From positions 3,224,001 to 3,288,000 of the forward strand of contig OZ024741.1 in the NCBI GenBank assembly GCA_964016885.1: a stretch of 64,000 nucleotides of DNA, read 5' to 3'. The stretch is from Eledone cirrhosa (lineage: Eukaryota). The number at the start of each line of letters is the position of its first letter. Positions within the stretch are counted from its first letter, which is position 1. The notes beneath the pieces were generated by a model. The model did no database searches, had not been told where the DNA came from, and was given only the letters and a program-made list of their open reading frames with translations. Below are positions 24,001 to 42,150 of this stretch, piece after piece. Position numbers and translations under genes: made by a program.

Positions 24001-27000
24001 AGACATAACAACTACAGTAATATAGAGACATAACAACTACAGCAATATAGAGACATAACAACTACAGCAATATAGAGACTTAACAACTACAGAAATATAG
24101 AGACATAACAACTATAGCAATATAGAGACATAACAACTTCAGCAATATAGAGACATAACAACTACAGCAATATAGAGACATAACAACTACAGAAATATAG
24201 AGAGACATAACAACTACAGCCATATAGAGAGACATAACAACTACAGCAATATAGAGAGATAACAACTACAGCAATATAGAGAGACATAACCACTACAGCA
24301 ATATAGAGACATAACAACTACAGCAATATAGAGAGATAACATCTACAGCAATATAGAGAGACAACATAACAACTGCAGCAATATAGAGAGACAACATAAT
24401 AACTACAGCAATATAGAGACATAACAACTGCAGCAATATAGAGAGATAACGACTACATCGACATAGAGAGACATAACAACTACAGCAATATAGAGAGACA
24501 ACATAACAACTACAGCAATGTAGAGACATAACAACTACAGCAATATAGAGAGACATAACAACTACTGCAATATAGAGAGATAACTACTACAGCAATATAG
24601 AGAAACAACATAACAACTACAGCAATATAGAGAGACATAACAACTACAGCAATATATAGACATAACAACTACAGCAATATAGAGAGACATAACAACTACA
24701 GCAATATAGAGAGAAAACAACTACAGCAATATAAAGGGACAACATAACAACTACATCAATATAGAGAGACATAACAACTACAGCAATATAGAGAGACAAC
24801 AACTACAGCAATATAGATAGACATAACAACTACAGCAATATAGAAAGACATAACGACTACAGCAATATAGAGAGACATATCAACTACAGCAATATAGAGA
24901 GACAACATGAAATCTACAGCAATATAGAGAGACAACATAACAACTACAGCAATATAGAGACATGACAACTACAGCAATATAGAGAGATAACAACTACAGC
25001 AATATAGAGTGACAACATAACAAGGACAGCAATATAGGTAGACATAACAAATGCAGCAATATAGAAAGACATAACAACTACAGCAATATAGAGAGACATA
25101 ACAACTACATCAATATAGAGAGATAACAACTACAGCAATATAGAGAGACATAACAAATACAGCAATATAGAGAGACAATATAACAACTACAGCAATATTG
25201 AGAGACATAACAACTACAGCAATATAGAGACATAACAACTACAGCAATATAGAGACATAACAACTACAGAAATATAGAGACATAACAACTACAGCAATAT
25301 AGAGACATAACAACTACAGCAATGTAGAGAGACATAACAACTACTGGAATATAGAGAGACATAACAACTACAGCAATATAGAGAGATAACAACTACAGCA
25401 ATATAGAGAGACATAACCACTACAGCAATATAGAGACATAACAACTACAGCAATAGAGAGACATAACAACTACAGCAATATAAAGGGACAACATAACAAC
25501 TACAGCAATATAGAGAGACATAACAACTACAGCAATATAGAGAGACAACATAACAACTACAGCAATATAGAGAGATAACTACTACAGCAATATAGAGAAA
25601 CAACATAACAACTACAGCAATATAGAGAGACATAACAACTACAGCAATATATAGACATAACAACTACAGCAATATAGAGAAATAACAAATACAGCAATAT
25701 AGAGAGAAAACAACTACAGCAATATAGAGAGATAACAACTACAGCAATATAGAGAAACAACATAACAACTACAGCAATATAGAGAGACAACATAACAACT
25801 ACAGCAATATAGAGACATAACAACTACAGCAATATAGAGAGACATAACAACTACAGCAATATAGAGAGATAACTACTACAACAATATAGAGAGATAACAA
25901 CTACAGCAATATAGAGAGACAACATAACAACTACAGCAATATAGAGAGACAACATTACAACTACAGCAATATAGAGACATAACAACTACAGCAATATAGA
26001 GAGACATAACAACTACAGCAATATAGAGAGACAACATAACAACTACAGCAATATAGAGACATAACAACTACAGCAATATAGAGAGACATAACAATTACGG
26101 CAATATAGAGAAACAACATAACAACTACAGCAATATAGAGAGACATAACAACTACAGCAATATATAGACATAACAACTACAGCAATATAGAGAAATAACA
26201 AATACAGCAATAAGAGAGACATAAGAACTACAGCAATATAGAGAGACATAACAACTACGGCAATATAGAGAAATACCAACTACAGCAATATAGAGACATA
26301 ACAACTACAGCAATATAGAGAGACATAAAAACTACTCCAATATAGAGAGACAACATAACAATTACAGCAATATAGAGAGACATAACAACTACAGCAATAT
26401 AGAGATATAACAACTACAGAAATACAGCGACATAACAACTACAGCAACATAGAGAGACAACAACTACAGCAACATAGAGACATAACAACTACACCAATAT
26501 AGAGAGACAACATAACAACTACAGCAATATAGAGAGATAACAACTACAGCAATATAGAGAGACATAACAACTACAGCAATATAGAGAGACAACATTACAA
26601 CTACAGCAATATAGAGAGACAAATCAACTACAGCAATATAGAAAGACTTAACAACTGCAGCAATATAGAGAGACATAACAACTACAGCAATATAGAGACA
26701 TAACAACTACAGCAATATAGAGACATAACAACTACAGAAATATAGAGAGATAACAACTACAGCAATATAAAGAGACAACATAACAACTACAGCAATATAG
26801 AGAGACAACATAACAACTACAGCAATATAGAGACATAACAACTACAGCAATATAGAGAGATAACAACTACAGCAATATGGAGAGACATAACAACTACAGC
26901 AATATAGAGAGCCAACATAATAACTACAGCAATATAGAGAGACAACATAATAACTACCGCAATATAGAGAGACATAACAACTACAGCAATATAGAGAGAT

Positions 27001-30000
27001 AACTACTACAGCAATATAGAGAGATAACAAATACAGCAATATAGAGAGACAACATAACAACTACAGCAATATAGAGAGACAACATAACAACTACAGCAAT
27101 ATAGAGACATAACAACTACAGCAATATAGTGAGATAACAACTACAGCAATATAGAGAGACATAACAACTACAGCAATATAGAGAGACAACATAACAACTA
27201 CAGCAATATAGAGACATAGCAACTACAGCAATATAGAGAGACATAACAACTACAGCAATATAGAGAAACAACATAACAACTACAGCAATATTGAGAGACA
27301 TAACAACTACAGCAATATATAGACATAACAACTACAGCAATATAGAGAAATAACAAATACAGCAATATAGAGAGACATAACAACTACAGCAATATAGAGA
27401 CGTAAGAACTACAGCAATATAGAGAGACATAACAACTACGGCAATATAGAGAAATACCAACTACAGCAATATAGAGACATAACAACTACAGCAATATAGA
27501 GAGACATTAAAACTACAGCAATATATAGACATAACAACTACAGCTATATAGAGAGACATAAAAACTACACCAATATAGAGAGACAACATAACAACTACAG
27601 CAATATTGAGAGAAATAACAACTACAGCAATATAGAAAGACATAACAACTACAGCAATATAGAGAGACAACATAACAACTACAGCAGTATAGAGAGACAT
27701 AACAACTACAGCAATATAGAAAGACATAACAACTACAGCAATATAGAGAGACATATCAACTACAGAAATATAGAGAGACAACATGAAATCTACAGCAATA
27801 TAGAGAGACAACATAACAACTACAGCAATGTAGAGACAAAACAACTACAGCAATATAGAGAGATAACAACTACAGCAATATAGAGAGACATAACAGCTGC
27901 AGCAATATATAGTGACAACATAACAACTACAGCAATATAGGGAGACATAACAATTACAGCAATATAGAAAGACATAACAACTACAGCAATATAGAGAGAC
28001 ATAACAATTACAGCAATATAGAGAGATAACAACTACAGCAATATAGAGAGACAAATCAACTACAGCAATATAGAAAGACTTAACAACTGCAGCAATATAG
28101 AGAGACATAACATCTACAGCAATATAGAGACATAACAACTACAGCAATATAGAGACATAACAACTACAGAAATATAGAGACATAACAACTACAGCAATAT
28201 AGAGACATAACAACTACAGCAATGTAGAGAGACATAACAACTACAGCAATATAGAGAGACATGACAACTACAGCAATATAGAGAGATAACAACTACAGCA
28301 ATATAGAGAGACATAACCACTACAGCAATATAGAGACATAACAACTACAGCAATAGAGAGACATAACAACTACAGCAATATAAAGGGACAACATAACAAC
28401 TACAGCAATATAGAGAGACATAACAATTACAGCAATATAGAAAGACATACCAACTACAGCAATATAGAGAGACATAACAAATACAGCAATATAGAGAGAT
28501 AACAACTACAGCAATATAGAGAGATAACAACTACAGCAATATAGAGAGACAACATAACAACTAAAGCAATATAGAGAGACAACAACTACAGCAACATAGA
28601 GACATAAGTATTACACCAATATAGAGAGACATTATAACAACTCCAGCAATATTGAGAGACATAACAACTACAGCAATATAGAGACATAACAACTTCAGCA
28701 ATATAGAGACATAACAACTACAGCGTCATAGAAAGACATAACAACTACAGCAATATAGAGAGACATAACAACTGCAGCAATATAGAGTGACAACATAACA
28801 ACGACAGCAATATAGGGAGACATAACAATTTCAGCAATATAGAAAAACATAACAACTAAAGCAATATAGAGAGACATAACAACTACAGCAATATAGAGAG
28901 ATAACAACTACAGCAATATAGAGAAACCACATAACAACTACAGCAATATAGAGAGACATAACAACTACAGCAATATAGAGACATAACAACTACAGCAATA
29001 AAGAGAGACAATATAACAACTACAGCAATATTGAGAGACATAACAACTATAGCAATATAGAGACATAACAACTACAGCAATATAGAGACATAACAACTAC
29101 AGAAATATAGAGACATAACAACTACAGAAATATAGAAACATAACAACTACAGAAATATAGAGAGACAACATGAAATCTACAGCAATATAGAGAGACAACA
29201 TATCAACTACACCAATGTAGAGACATAAAAACTACAGCAATATAGAGAGATAACAACTACAGCAATATAGATAGACATAACAACTGCAGCAATATATAGT
29301 GACAACATAACAACGACAGCAATATAGGGAGACATAACAAATACTGCAATATAGAAAGACATAACAACTACAGCAATATAGAGAGACATAACAATTACAG
29401 CAATATAGAGAGACAACAACTACAGCAATATAGAGAAACATAACAACTACAGCAATATAGAGAGACAACATAACAACTGCAGCAATATAGAGAGACATAA
29501 CATCTACAGCAATATAGAGCCATAACAACTACAGCAATATAGAGACATAACAACTACAGAAATATAGAGACATAACAACTAAAGCAATATAGAGACATAA
29601 CAACTACAGCAATGTAGAGAGACATAACAACTACAGCAATATAGAGAGACATAACAACTACAGCAATATAGAGAGATAACAACTACAGCAATATAGAGAG
29701 ACATAACCACTACAGCAATATAGAGACATAACAACTACAGCAATAGAGAGACATAACAACTACAGCAATATAAAGGGACAACATAACAACTACAGCAATA
29801 TAGAGAGACATAACAACTACAGCAATATAGAGATAACAACTACAGTAATATAGAGAGACATAACAACTACAGAAATATAGAGAGACAACATAACAACTAC
29901 AGCAATATAGAGAGATATAACAACTACAGCAATATAGAAAGACATAACAACTACAGCAATATAGAGAGACATAACAACTACAGCAATATAGAGAGATAAC

Positions 30001-31433
30001 AACTACAACAATATAGAGAGACAACATAACAACTACAGCAATATAGAGAAACAACATAATAACTACAGCAATATAGAGACATAACAACTACAGCAATATA
30101 GAGAGATAACAACTACAGCAATATAGAGAGACAACATGAAATCTACAGCAATATAGAGAGACAACATAACAACAACAGCAATATAGAGACATAACAACTA
30201 CAGCAATATAGAGAGACATAACAACTCCAGCAATATAGAGTGACAACATAACAACGACAGCAATATAGGGAGACAACATAATAACTACAGCAATATAGAG
30301 AGACAACATAATAACTACAGCAATATAGGGACATAACAACTACAGCAATATAGAGATATAACAACTACAGCAATATAGCGACATAACAACTACAGCAATA
30401 TAGAGAGACTACATAACAACTACAGCAACATAGAGACATAACAACTACTCCAATATAGAGAGACAACATAACAACTACAGCAATATTTAGAGACATAACA
30501 ACTATAGCAATATAGAGACATAACAACTACAGCAATATAGAGACATAACAACTACAGCAATATAGAGACAGAACAACTACAGAAATATAGAGATATAACA
30601 ACTACAGCAATATAGAGACATGACAACTACAGCAATGTAGAGAGACATAACAACTACAGCAATATAGAGAGACATAACAACTACAGCAATATAGAGAGAT
30701 AACAACTACAGCAATATAGAGAGACATAACAACTACAGCAATATAGAGACATAACAACTACAGCAATATAAAGAGACAACATAACAACTACAGCAATATA
30801 GAGAGAAATAACAACTACAGCAATATAGAGATAACAACTACAGCAATATAGAGAGACATAACCACTACAGAAATATAGAGAGACAACATAACAACTACAG
30901 CAATATAGAGAGACATAGCAACTACAGCAATAGAGAGAGACAACATAACAACTACAGCAATATAGAGACATAACAACTACAGCAATATAGAGAGATAACA
31001 ACTACAGCAATATAGAGAGACATAACAACTGCAGCAATATAGAGTGACAACATAACAACGACAGCAATATAGGGAGACAACAATTACAGCAATATAGAAA
31101 GACATAACAACTACAGCAATATAGAGAGACATAACAACTACAGCAATATAGAGAGATAACAACTACAGCAATATAGAGAGACATAACTACAGCAATATAG
31201 AGAAACAACATAACAACTACAGCAATATAGAGAGACATAACAACTACAGTAATATAGAGACATAACAACTACAGCAATATAGCGACATAACAACTACAGC
31301 AATATAGAGAGACTACATAACAACTACAGCAACATAGAAAGACAACAACTACAGCAACATAGAGACATAACAACTACACCAATATAGAGAGACAACATAA
31401 CAACTACAGCAATATAGAGAGACATAACAACTA

Positions 31434-32671
31434 CAGCAATATAGAGACATAACAACTAAAGCAATATAGAGAGACAATATAACAACTACAGCAATATAGA
31501 GAGACATAACAACTACAGCAATATAGAGAGATAACAATTACAGCAATATAGAGAGACATAACAACTACAGCAATATAGAGACATAACAACTACAGCAATA
31601 TAAAGGGACAACATAACAACTACAGCAATATAGAGAGAAATAACAACTACAGCAATATAGAGATAACAACTACAACAATATAGAGAGACATAACAACTAC
31701 AGAAATATAGAGAGACAACATAACAACTTCAGCAATATAGAGAGACATAACAACTACAGCAATATAGAAAGACATAACAACTACAGCAATATAGAGAGAC
31801 ATATCAACTACAGCAATATAGAGAGATAACAACTACAGCAATATAGAGAGACATAACAGCTGCAGCAATATAGAGTGACAACATAACAACGACAGCAATA
31901 TAGGGAGACATAACAATTACAGCAATATAGAAAGACATAACAACTACAGCAATATAGAGAGACATAACAATTACAGCAATATAGAGAGATAACAACTACA
32001 GCAATATAGAGAGACAAATTAACTACAGCAATATAGAAAGACATAACAACTGCAGCAATATAGAGACATAACAACTAAAGCAATATAGAGAGACAATATA
32101 ACAACTACAGCAATATAGAGAGACATAACAACTACAGCAATATAGAGAGATAACAATTACAGCAATATAGAGAGACATAACAACTACAGCAATATAGAGA
32201 CATAACAACTACAGCAATATAAAGGGACAACATAACAACTACAGCAATATAGAGAGAAATAACAACTACAGCAATATAGAGATAACAACTACAACAATAT
32301 AGAGAGACATAACAACTACAGAAATATAGAGAGACAACATAACAACTTCAGCAATATAGAGAGACATAACAACTACAGCAATATAGAAAGACATAACAAC
32401 TACAGCAATATAGAGAGACATATCAACTACAGCAATATAGAGAGATAACAACTACAGCAATATAGAGAGACATAACAGCTGCAGCAATATAGAGTGACAA
32501 CATAACAACGACAGCAATATAGGGAGACATAACAATTACAGCAATATAGAAAGACATAACAACTACAGCAATATAGAGAGACATAACAATTACAGCAATA
32601 TAGAGAGATAACAACTACAGCAATATAGAGAGACAAATTAACTACAGCAATATAGAAAGACATAACAACTG
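31434..32671. repeat. 619-bp tandem duplication in array B
   Basis: Identical ORFs at 31647/32266 and 31804/32423. The variant string AACAACTAAAGCAATATAGAGAGACAATAT recurs at offset 619. Confidence 0.9.
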
Positions 32672-33210
32672 CAGCAATATAGAGAGACATAACATCTACA
32701 GCAATATAGAGACATAACAACTACAGCAATATAGAGACATAACAACTACAGGAATATAGAGACATAACAACTACAGCAATATAGAGACATAACAACTACA
32801 GCAATGTAGAGAGACATAACAACTACAGCAATACTGAGAGACAAGACAAATACAGCAATATAGAGAGATAACAACTACAGCAATATAGAGAGACATAACC
32901 ACTACAGCAATAGAGAGACATAACAACTACAGAAATATAGAGACATAACAACTACAGAAATATAGAGACATATCAACTACAGAAATATAGAGACATAACA
33001 ACTACAGCAATATAGAGACATGACATCTACAGCAATGTAGAGAGACATAACAATTACAGCAATATAGAGAGACATAACAACTACAGCAATATAGAGAGAT
33101 AACAACTACAGCAATATAGAGAGACATAACAACTACAGCAAAATAGAGAGATAACAATTACAGCAATATAGAGAGATATAACAACTACAGCAATATAGAG
33201 ACATAACAAC

Positions 33211-36200
33211 TACAGCAATATAAAGGGACAACATAACAACTACAGCAATATAGAGAGAAATAACAAATACAGCAATATAGAGATAACAACTACAACAATA
33301 TAGAGAGACATAACAACTACAGAAATATAGAGAGACAACATAACATCTACAGCAATATAGAGAGACATAACAACTACAGCAATATAGAAAGACATAACAA
33401 CTACAGCAATATAGAGAGACATATCAACTACAGAAATATAGAGAGACAACATGAAATCTACAGCAATATAGAGAGACAACATAACAACTACAGCAATGTA
33501 GAGACATAAAAACTACAGCAATATAGAGAGATAACAACTACAGCAATATCGATAGACATAACAACTGCAGCAATATATAGTGACAACATAACAACGACAG
33601 CAATATAGGGAGACATAACAAATACAGCAATATAGAAAGACATAACAACTACAGCAATATAGAGAGACATAACAATTACAGCAATATGGAGAGATAACAA
33701 CTACAGCAATATAGAGAGACATAACAACTACAGCAATATAGAGAGACAACATAACAACTACAGCAATATAGAGAGACAAATCAACTACAGCAATATAGAA
33801 AGACTTAACAACTGCAGCAATATAGAGAGACATAACATCTACAGCAATATAGAGACATAACAACTACAGCAATATAGAGACATAACAACTACAGAAATAT
33901 AGAGACATAACAACTACAGCAATATAGAGACATAACAACTACAGCAATGTAGAGAGATATAACAACTACAGCAATATAGAGAGACATAACAACTACAGCA
34001 ATATAGAGAGATAACAACTACAGCAATATAGAGAGACATAACCACTACAGCAATATAGAGACATAACAACTACAGCAATAGAGAGACATAACAACTACAG
34101 CAATATAGAGAGACATAACAACTACAGCAATATAGAGATAACAACTACAGTAATATAGAGAGACATAACAACTACAGAAATATAGAGAGACAACATAACA
34201 ACTACAGCAATATAGAGAGACATAACAACTACAGCAATATAGAAAGACATAACAACTACAGCAATATAGAGAGACATAACAACTACAGCAATATAGAGAG
34301 ATAACAACTACAACAATATAGAGAGACAACATAACAACTACAGCAATATAGAGAGACAACATAATAACTACAGCAATATAGAGACATAACAACTACAGCA
34401 ATATAGAGACATGACAACTACAGCAATGTAGAGAGACATAACAATTACAGCAATATAGAGAGACATAACAACTACAGCAATATAGAGAGATAACAACCAC
34501 AGCAATATAGAGAGACATAACAACTACAGCAATATAGAGAGATAACAATTACAGCAATATAGAGAGACAGAACAACTACAGCAATATAGAGACATAACAA
34601 CTACAGCAATATAAAGGGACAACATAACAACTACAGCAATATAGAGAGAAATAACAACTACAGCAATATAGAGATAACAACTACAACAATATAGAGAGAC
34701 ATAACAACTACAGTAATATAGAGAGACAACATAACAACTACAGCAATATAGAGAGACATAACAACTACAGCAATATTGAAAGACATAACAACTACAGCAA
34801 TATAGAGAGACATATCAACTACAGAAATATAGAGAGACAACATGAAATCTACAGCAATATAGAGAGACAACATAACAACTACAGCAATATAGAGAGATAA
34901 CAACTACAGCAATATAGAGAGACATAACAGCTGCAGCAATATAGAGTCACAACATAACAACGACAGCAATATAGGGAGACATAACAATTACAGCAATATA
35001 GAAAGACATAACAACTACAGCAATATAGAGAGACATAACAATTACAGCAATATAGAGAGATAACAACTACAGCAATATAGAGAGACAAATCAACTACAGC
35101 AATATAGAAAGACATAACAACTGCAGCAATATAGAGAGACATAACATCTACAGCAATATAGAGACATAACAACTACAGCAATATAGAGACATAACAACTA
35201 CAGAAATATAGAGCCATAACAACTACAGCAATATAGACATAACAACTACAGCAATGTAGAGAGACATAACAACTACTGCAATATAGAGAGACATGACAAC
35301 TACAGCAATATAGAGAGATAACAACTACAGCAATATAGAGAGACATAACCACTACAGCAATATAGAGACATAACAACTACAGCAATAGAGAGACATAACA
35401 ACTACAGCAAAATAAAGGGACAACATAACAACTACAGCAATATAGAGAGACATAAGAACTACAGAAATATAGAGAGACACCATAACAACTACAGCAATAT
35501 AGAGAGACATAACAACTACACCAATATAGAAAGACATAACAACTACAGCAATATAGAGAGACATAACAAATACAGCAATATAGAGAGATAACAACTACAG
35601 CAATATAGAGAGATAACAACTACAGCAATATAGAGAGACAACATAACAACTAAAGCAATATAGAGAGACAACAACTACAGCAACATAGAGACATAAATAT
35701 TACACCAATATAGAGAGACAATATAACAACTCCAGCAATATTGAGAGACATAACAACTACAGCAATATAGAGACATAACAACTACAGCAATATAGAGACA
35801 TAACAACTACAGCGTCATACAAAGACATAACATCTACAGCAATATAGAGAGACATAACAACTGCAGCAATATAGAGTGACAACATAACAACGACAGCAAT
35901 ATAGGGAGACATAACAATTACAGCAATATAGAAAGACATAACAACTAAAGCAATATAGAGAGACATAACAACTACAGCAATATAGAGAGATAACAACTAC
36001 AGCAATATAGAGAGACATAACAACTACAGCAATATAGAGAAACAACATAACAACTACAGCAATATAGAGAGACATAACAACTACAGCAATATAGAGACAT
36101 AACAACTACAGCAATATAGAGAGACAATATAACAACTACAGCAATATTGAGAGACATAACAACTATAACAATATAGAGACATAACAACTACAGCAATATA

Positions 36201-39200
36201 GAGACATAACAACTACAGAAATATAGAGACATAACAACTACAGAAATATAGAGACATATCAACTACAGAAATATAGAGACATAACAACTACAGCAATATA
36301 GAGACATGACAACTACAACAATGTAGAGAGACATAACAATTACAGCAATATAGACAGACATAACAACTGCAGCAATATAGAGAGACATAACATCTACAGC
36401 AATATAGAGACATAACAACTACAGCAATATAGAGACATAACAACTACAGAAATATAGAGCCATAACAACTACAGCAATATAGAGACATAACAACTACAGC
36501 AATGTAGAGAGACATAACAACTACAGCAATATAGAGAGACATGACAACTACAGCAATATAGAGAGATAACAACTACAGCAATATAGAGAGACATAACCAC
36601 TACAGCAATATAGAGACATAACAACTACAGCAATAGAGAGACATAACAACTACAGCAAAATAAAGGGACAACATAACAACTACAGCAATATAGAGAGACA
36701 TAACAACTACAGAAATATAGAGAGACACCATAACAACTACAGCAATATAGAGAGACATAACAACTACAGCAATATAGAAAGACATAACAACTACAGCAAT
36801 ATAGAGAGACATAACAAATACAGCAATATAGAGAGATAACAACTACAGCAATATAGAGAGATAACAACTACAGCAATATAGAGAGACAACATAACAACTA
36901 AAGCAATATAGAGAGACAACAACTACAGCAACATAGAGACATAAATATTACACCAATATAGAGAGACAATATAACAACTCCAGCAATATTGAGAGACATA
37001 ACAACTACAGCAACATAGAGACATAACAACTACAGCAATATAGAGACATAACAACTACAGCGTCATAGAAAGACATAACATCTACAGCAATATAGAGAGA
37101 CATAACAACTGCAGCAATATAGAGTGACAACATAACAACGACAGCAATATAGGGAGACATAACAATTACAGCAATATAGAAAGACATAACAACTAAAGCA
37201 ATATAGAGAGACATAACAACTACAGCAATATAGAGAGATAACAACTACAGCAATATAGAGAGACATAACAACTACAGCAATATAGAGAAACAACATAACA
37301 ACTACAGCAATATAGAGAGACATAACAACTACAGCAATATAGAGACATAACAACTACAGCAATATAGAGAGACAATATAACAACTACAGCAATATTGAGA
37401 GACATAACAACTATAACAATATAGAGACATAACAACTACAGCAATATAGAGACATAACAACTACAGAAATATAGAGACATAACAACTACAGAAATATAGA
37501 GACATATCAACTACAGAAATATAGAGACATAACAACTACAGCAATATAGAGACATGACAACTACAGCAATGTAGAGAGACATAACAATTACAGCAATATA
37601 GAGAGACATAACAACTACAGCAATATAGAGAGATAACAACTACAGCAATATAGAGAGACATAACAACTACAGCAATATAGAGAGATAACAACTACAGCAA
37701 TATAAAGGGACAACATAACAACTACAGCAATATAGAGAGAAATAACAAATACAGCAATATAGAGATAACAACTACAACAATATAGAGAGACATAACAACT
37801 ACAGAAATATAGAGAGACAACATAACAACTACAGCAATATAGAGAGACATAACAACTACAGCAATATAGAAAGACATAACAACTACAGCAATATAGAGAG
37901 ACATATCAACTACAGAAATATAGAGAGACAACATGAAATCTACAGCAATATAGAGAGACAACATAACAACTACAGCAATGTAGAGACATAAAAAATACAG
38001 CAATATAGAGAGATAACAACTACAGCAATATCGATAGACATAACAACTGCAGCAATATATAGTGACAACATAACAACGACAGCAATATAGGGAGACATAA
38101 CAAATACAGCAATATAGAAAGACATAACAACTACAGCAATATAGAGAGACATAACAATTACAGCAATATGGAGAGATAACAACTACAGCAATATAGAGAG
38201 ACATAACAACTACAGCAATATAGAGAGACAACATAACAACTACAGCAATATAGAGAGACAAATCAACTACAGCAATATAGAAAGACTTAACAACTGCAGC
38301 AATATAGAGAGACATAACATCTACAGCAATATAGAGACATAACAACTACAGCAATATAGAGACATAACAACTACAGAAATATAGAGACATAACAACTACA
38401 GCAATATAGAGACATAACAACTACAGCAATGTAGAGAGATATAACAACTACAGCAATATAGAGAGACATAACAACTACAGCAATATAGAGAGATAACAAC
38501 TACAGCAATATAGAGAGACATAACCACTACAGCAATATAGAGACATAACAACTACAGCAATAGAGAGACATAACAACTACAGCAATATAAAGGGACAACA
38601 TAACAACTACAGCAATATAGAGAGACATAACAACTACAGCAATATAGAGATAACAACTACAGTAATATAGAGAGACATAACAACTACAGAAATATAGAGA
38701 GACAACATAACAACTACAGCAATATAGAGAGACATAACAACTACAGCAATATAGAAAGACATAACAACTACAGCAATATAGAGAGACATAACAACTACAG
38801 CAATATAGAGAGATAACAACTACAACAATATAGAGAGACAACATAACAACTACAGCAATATAGAGAGACAACATAATAACTACAGCAATATAGAGACATA
38901 ACAACTACAGCAATATAGAGACATGACAACTACAGCAATGTAGAGTGACATAACAATTACAGCAATATAGAGAGACATAACAACTACAGCAATATAGAGA
39001 GATAACAACCACAGCAATATAGAGAGACGTAACAACTACAGCAATATAGAGAGATAACAATTACAGCAATATAGAGAGACAGAACAACTACAGCAATATA
39101 GAGACATAACAACTACAGCAATATAAAGGGACAACATAACAACTACAGCAATATAGAGAGAAATAACAACTACAGCAATATAGAGATAACAACTACAACA

Positions 39201-42150
39201 ATATAGAGAGACATAACAACTACAGTAATATAGAGAGACAACATAACAACTACAGCAATATAGAGAGACATAACAACTACAGCAATATTGAAAGACATAA
39301 CAACTACAGCAATATAGAGAGACATATCAACTACAGAAATATAGAGAGACAACATGAAATCTACAGCAATATAGAGAGACAACATAACAACTACAGCAAT
39401 ATAGAGAGATAACAACTACAGCAATATAGAGAGACATAACAGCTGCAGCAATATAGAGTCACAACATAACAACGACAGCAATATAGGGAGACATAACAAT
39501 TACAGCAATATAGAAAGACATAACAACTACAGCAATATAGAGAGACATAACAATTACAGCAATATAGAGAGATAACAACTACAGCAATATAGAGAGACAA
39601 ATCAACTACAGCAATATAGAAAGACATAACAACTGCAGCAATATAGAGAGACATAACATCTACAGCAATATAGAGACATAACAACTACAGCAATATAGAG
39701 ACATAACAACTACAGAAATATAGAGCCATAACAACTACAGCAATATAGACATAACAACTACAGCAATGTAGAGAGACATAACAACTACAGCAATATAGAG
39801 AGACATGACAACTACAGCAATATAGAGAGATAACAACTACAGCAATATAGAGAGACATAACCACTACAGCAATATAGAGACATAACAACTACAGCAATAG
39901 AGAGACATAACAACTACAGCAAAATAAAGGGACAACATAACAACTACAGCAATATAGAGAGACATAAGAACTACAGAAATATAGAGAGACACCATAACAA
40001 CTACAGCAATATAGAGAGACATAACAACTACACCAATATAGAAAGACATAACAACTACAGCAATATAGAGAGACATAACAAATACAGCAATATAGAGAGA
40101 TAACAACTACAGCAATATAGAGAGATAACAACTACAGCAATATAGAGAGACAACATAACAACTAAAGCAATATAGAGAGACAACAACTACAGCAACATAG
40201 AGACATAAATATTACACCAATATAGAGGGACAATATCACAACTCCAGCAATATTGAGAGACATAACAACTACAGCAATATAGAGACATAACAACTACAGC
40301 AATATAGAGACATAACAACTACAGCGTCATACAAAGACATAACATCTACAGCAATATAGAGAGACATAACAACTGCAGCAATATAGAGTGACAACATAAC
40401 AACGACAGCAATATAGGGAGACAAAACAATTACAGCAATATAGAAAGACATAACAACTAAAGCAATATAGAGAGACATAACAACTACAGCAATATAGAGA
40501 GATAACAACTACAGCAATATAGAGAGACATAACAACTACAGCAATATAGAGAAACAACATAACAACTACAGCAATATAGAGAGACATAACAACTACAGCA
40601 ATATAGAGACATAACAACTACAGCAATATAGAGAGACAATATAACAACTACAGCAATATTGAGAGACATAACAACTATAACAATATAGAGACATAACAAC
40701 TACAGCAATATAGAGACATAACAACTACAGAAATATAGAGACATAACAACTACAGAAATATAGAGACATATCAACTACAGAAATATAGAGACATAACAAC
40801 TACAGCAATATAGAGACATGACAACTACAGCAATGTAGAGAGACATAACAATTACAGCAATATAGACAGACATAACAACTGCAGCAATATAGAGAGACAT
40901 AACATCTACAGCAATATAGAGACATAACAACTACAGCAATATAGAGACATAACAACTACAGAAATATAGAGCCATAACAACTACAGCAATATAGAGACAT
41001 AACAACTACAGCAATGTAGAGAGACATAACAACTACAGCAATATAGAGAGACATGACAACTACAGCAATATAGAGAGATAACAACTACAGCAATATAGAG
41101 AGACATAACCACTACAGCAATATAGAGACATAACAACTACAGCAATAGAGAGACATAACAACTACAGCAAAATAAAGGGACAACATAACAACTACAGCAA
41201 TATAGAGAGACATAACAACTACAGAAATATAGAGAGACACCATAACAACTACAGCAATATAGAGAGACATAACAACTACAGCAATATAGAGAGACATAAC
41301 AAATACAGCAATATAGAGAGATAACAACTACAGCAATATAGAGAGATAACAACTACAGCAATATAGAGAGACAACATAACAACTAAAGCAATATAGAGAG
41401 ACAACAACTACAGCAACATAGAGACATAAATATTACACCAATATAGAGAGACAATATAACAACTCCAGCAATATTGAGAGACATAACAACTACAGCAATA
41501 TAGAGACATAACAACTACAGCAATATAGAGACATAACAACTACAGCGTCATAGAAAGACATAACATCTACAGCAATATAGAGAGACATAACAACTGCAGC
41601 AATATAGAGTGACAACATAACAACGACAGCAATATAGGGAGACATAACAATTACACCAATATAGAAAGACATAACAACTAAAGCAATATAGAGAGACATA
41701 ACAACTACAGCAATATAGAGAGATAACAACTACAGCAATATAGAGAGACATAACAACTACAGCAATATAGAGAAACAACATAACAACTACAGCAATATAG
41801 AGAGACATAACAACTACAGCAATATAGAGAGACAATATAACAACTACAGCAATATTGAGAGACATAACAACTATAACAATATAGAGACATAACAACTACA
41901 GCAATATAGAGACATAACAACTACAGAAATATAGAGACATAACAACTACAGAAATATAGAGACATATCAACTACAGAAATATAGAGACATAACAACTACA
42001 GCAATATAGAGACATGACAACTACAGCAATGTAGAGAGACATAACAATTACAGCAATATAGAGAGACATAACAACTACAGCAATATAGAGAGATAACAAC
42101 TACAGCAATATAGAGAGACATAACAACTACAGCAATATAGAGAGATAACA
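33211..42150. repeat. ~4.5-kb tandem duplication in array B (~33211-37692, ~37693-42150); each copy contains a nested ~1248-bp duplication
   Basis: ORF offsets are 4482 (33488/37970), 4512 (34122/38634, 34658/39170, 35352/39864, 36600/41112) and 4485 (37005/41490). The nested offset is 1248 (35352/36600, 35757/37005, 39864/41112). Confidence 0.9.
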
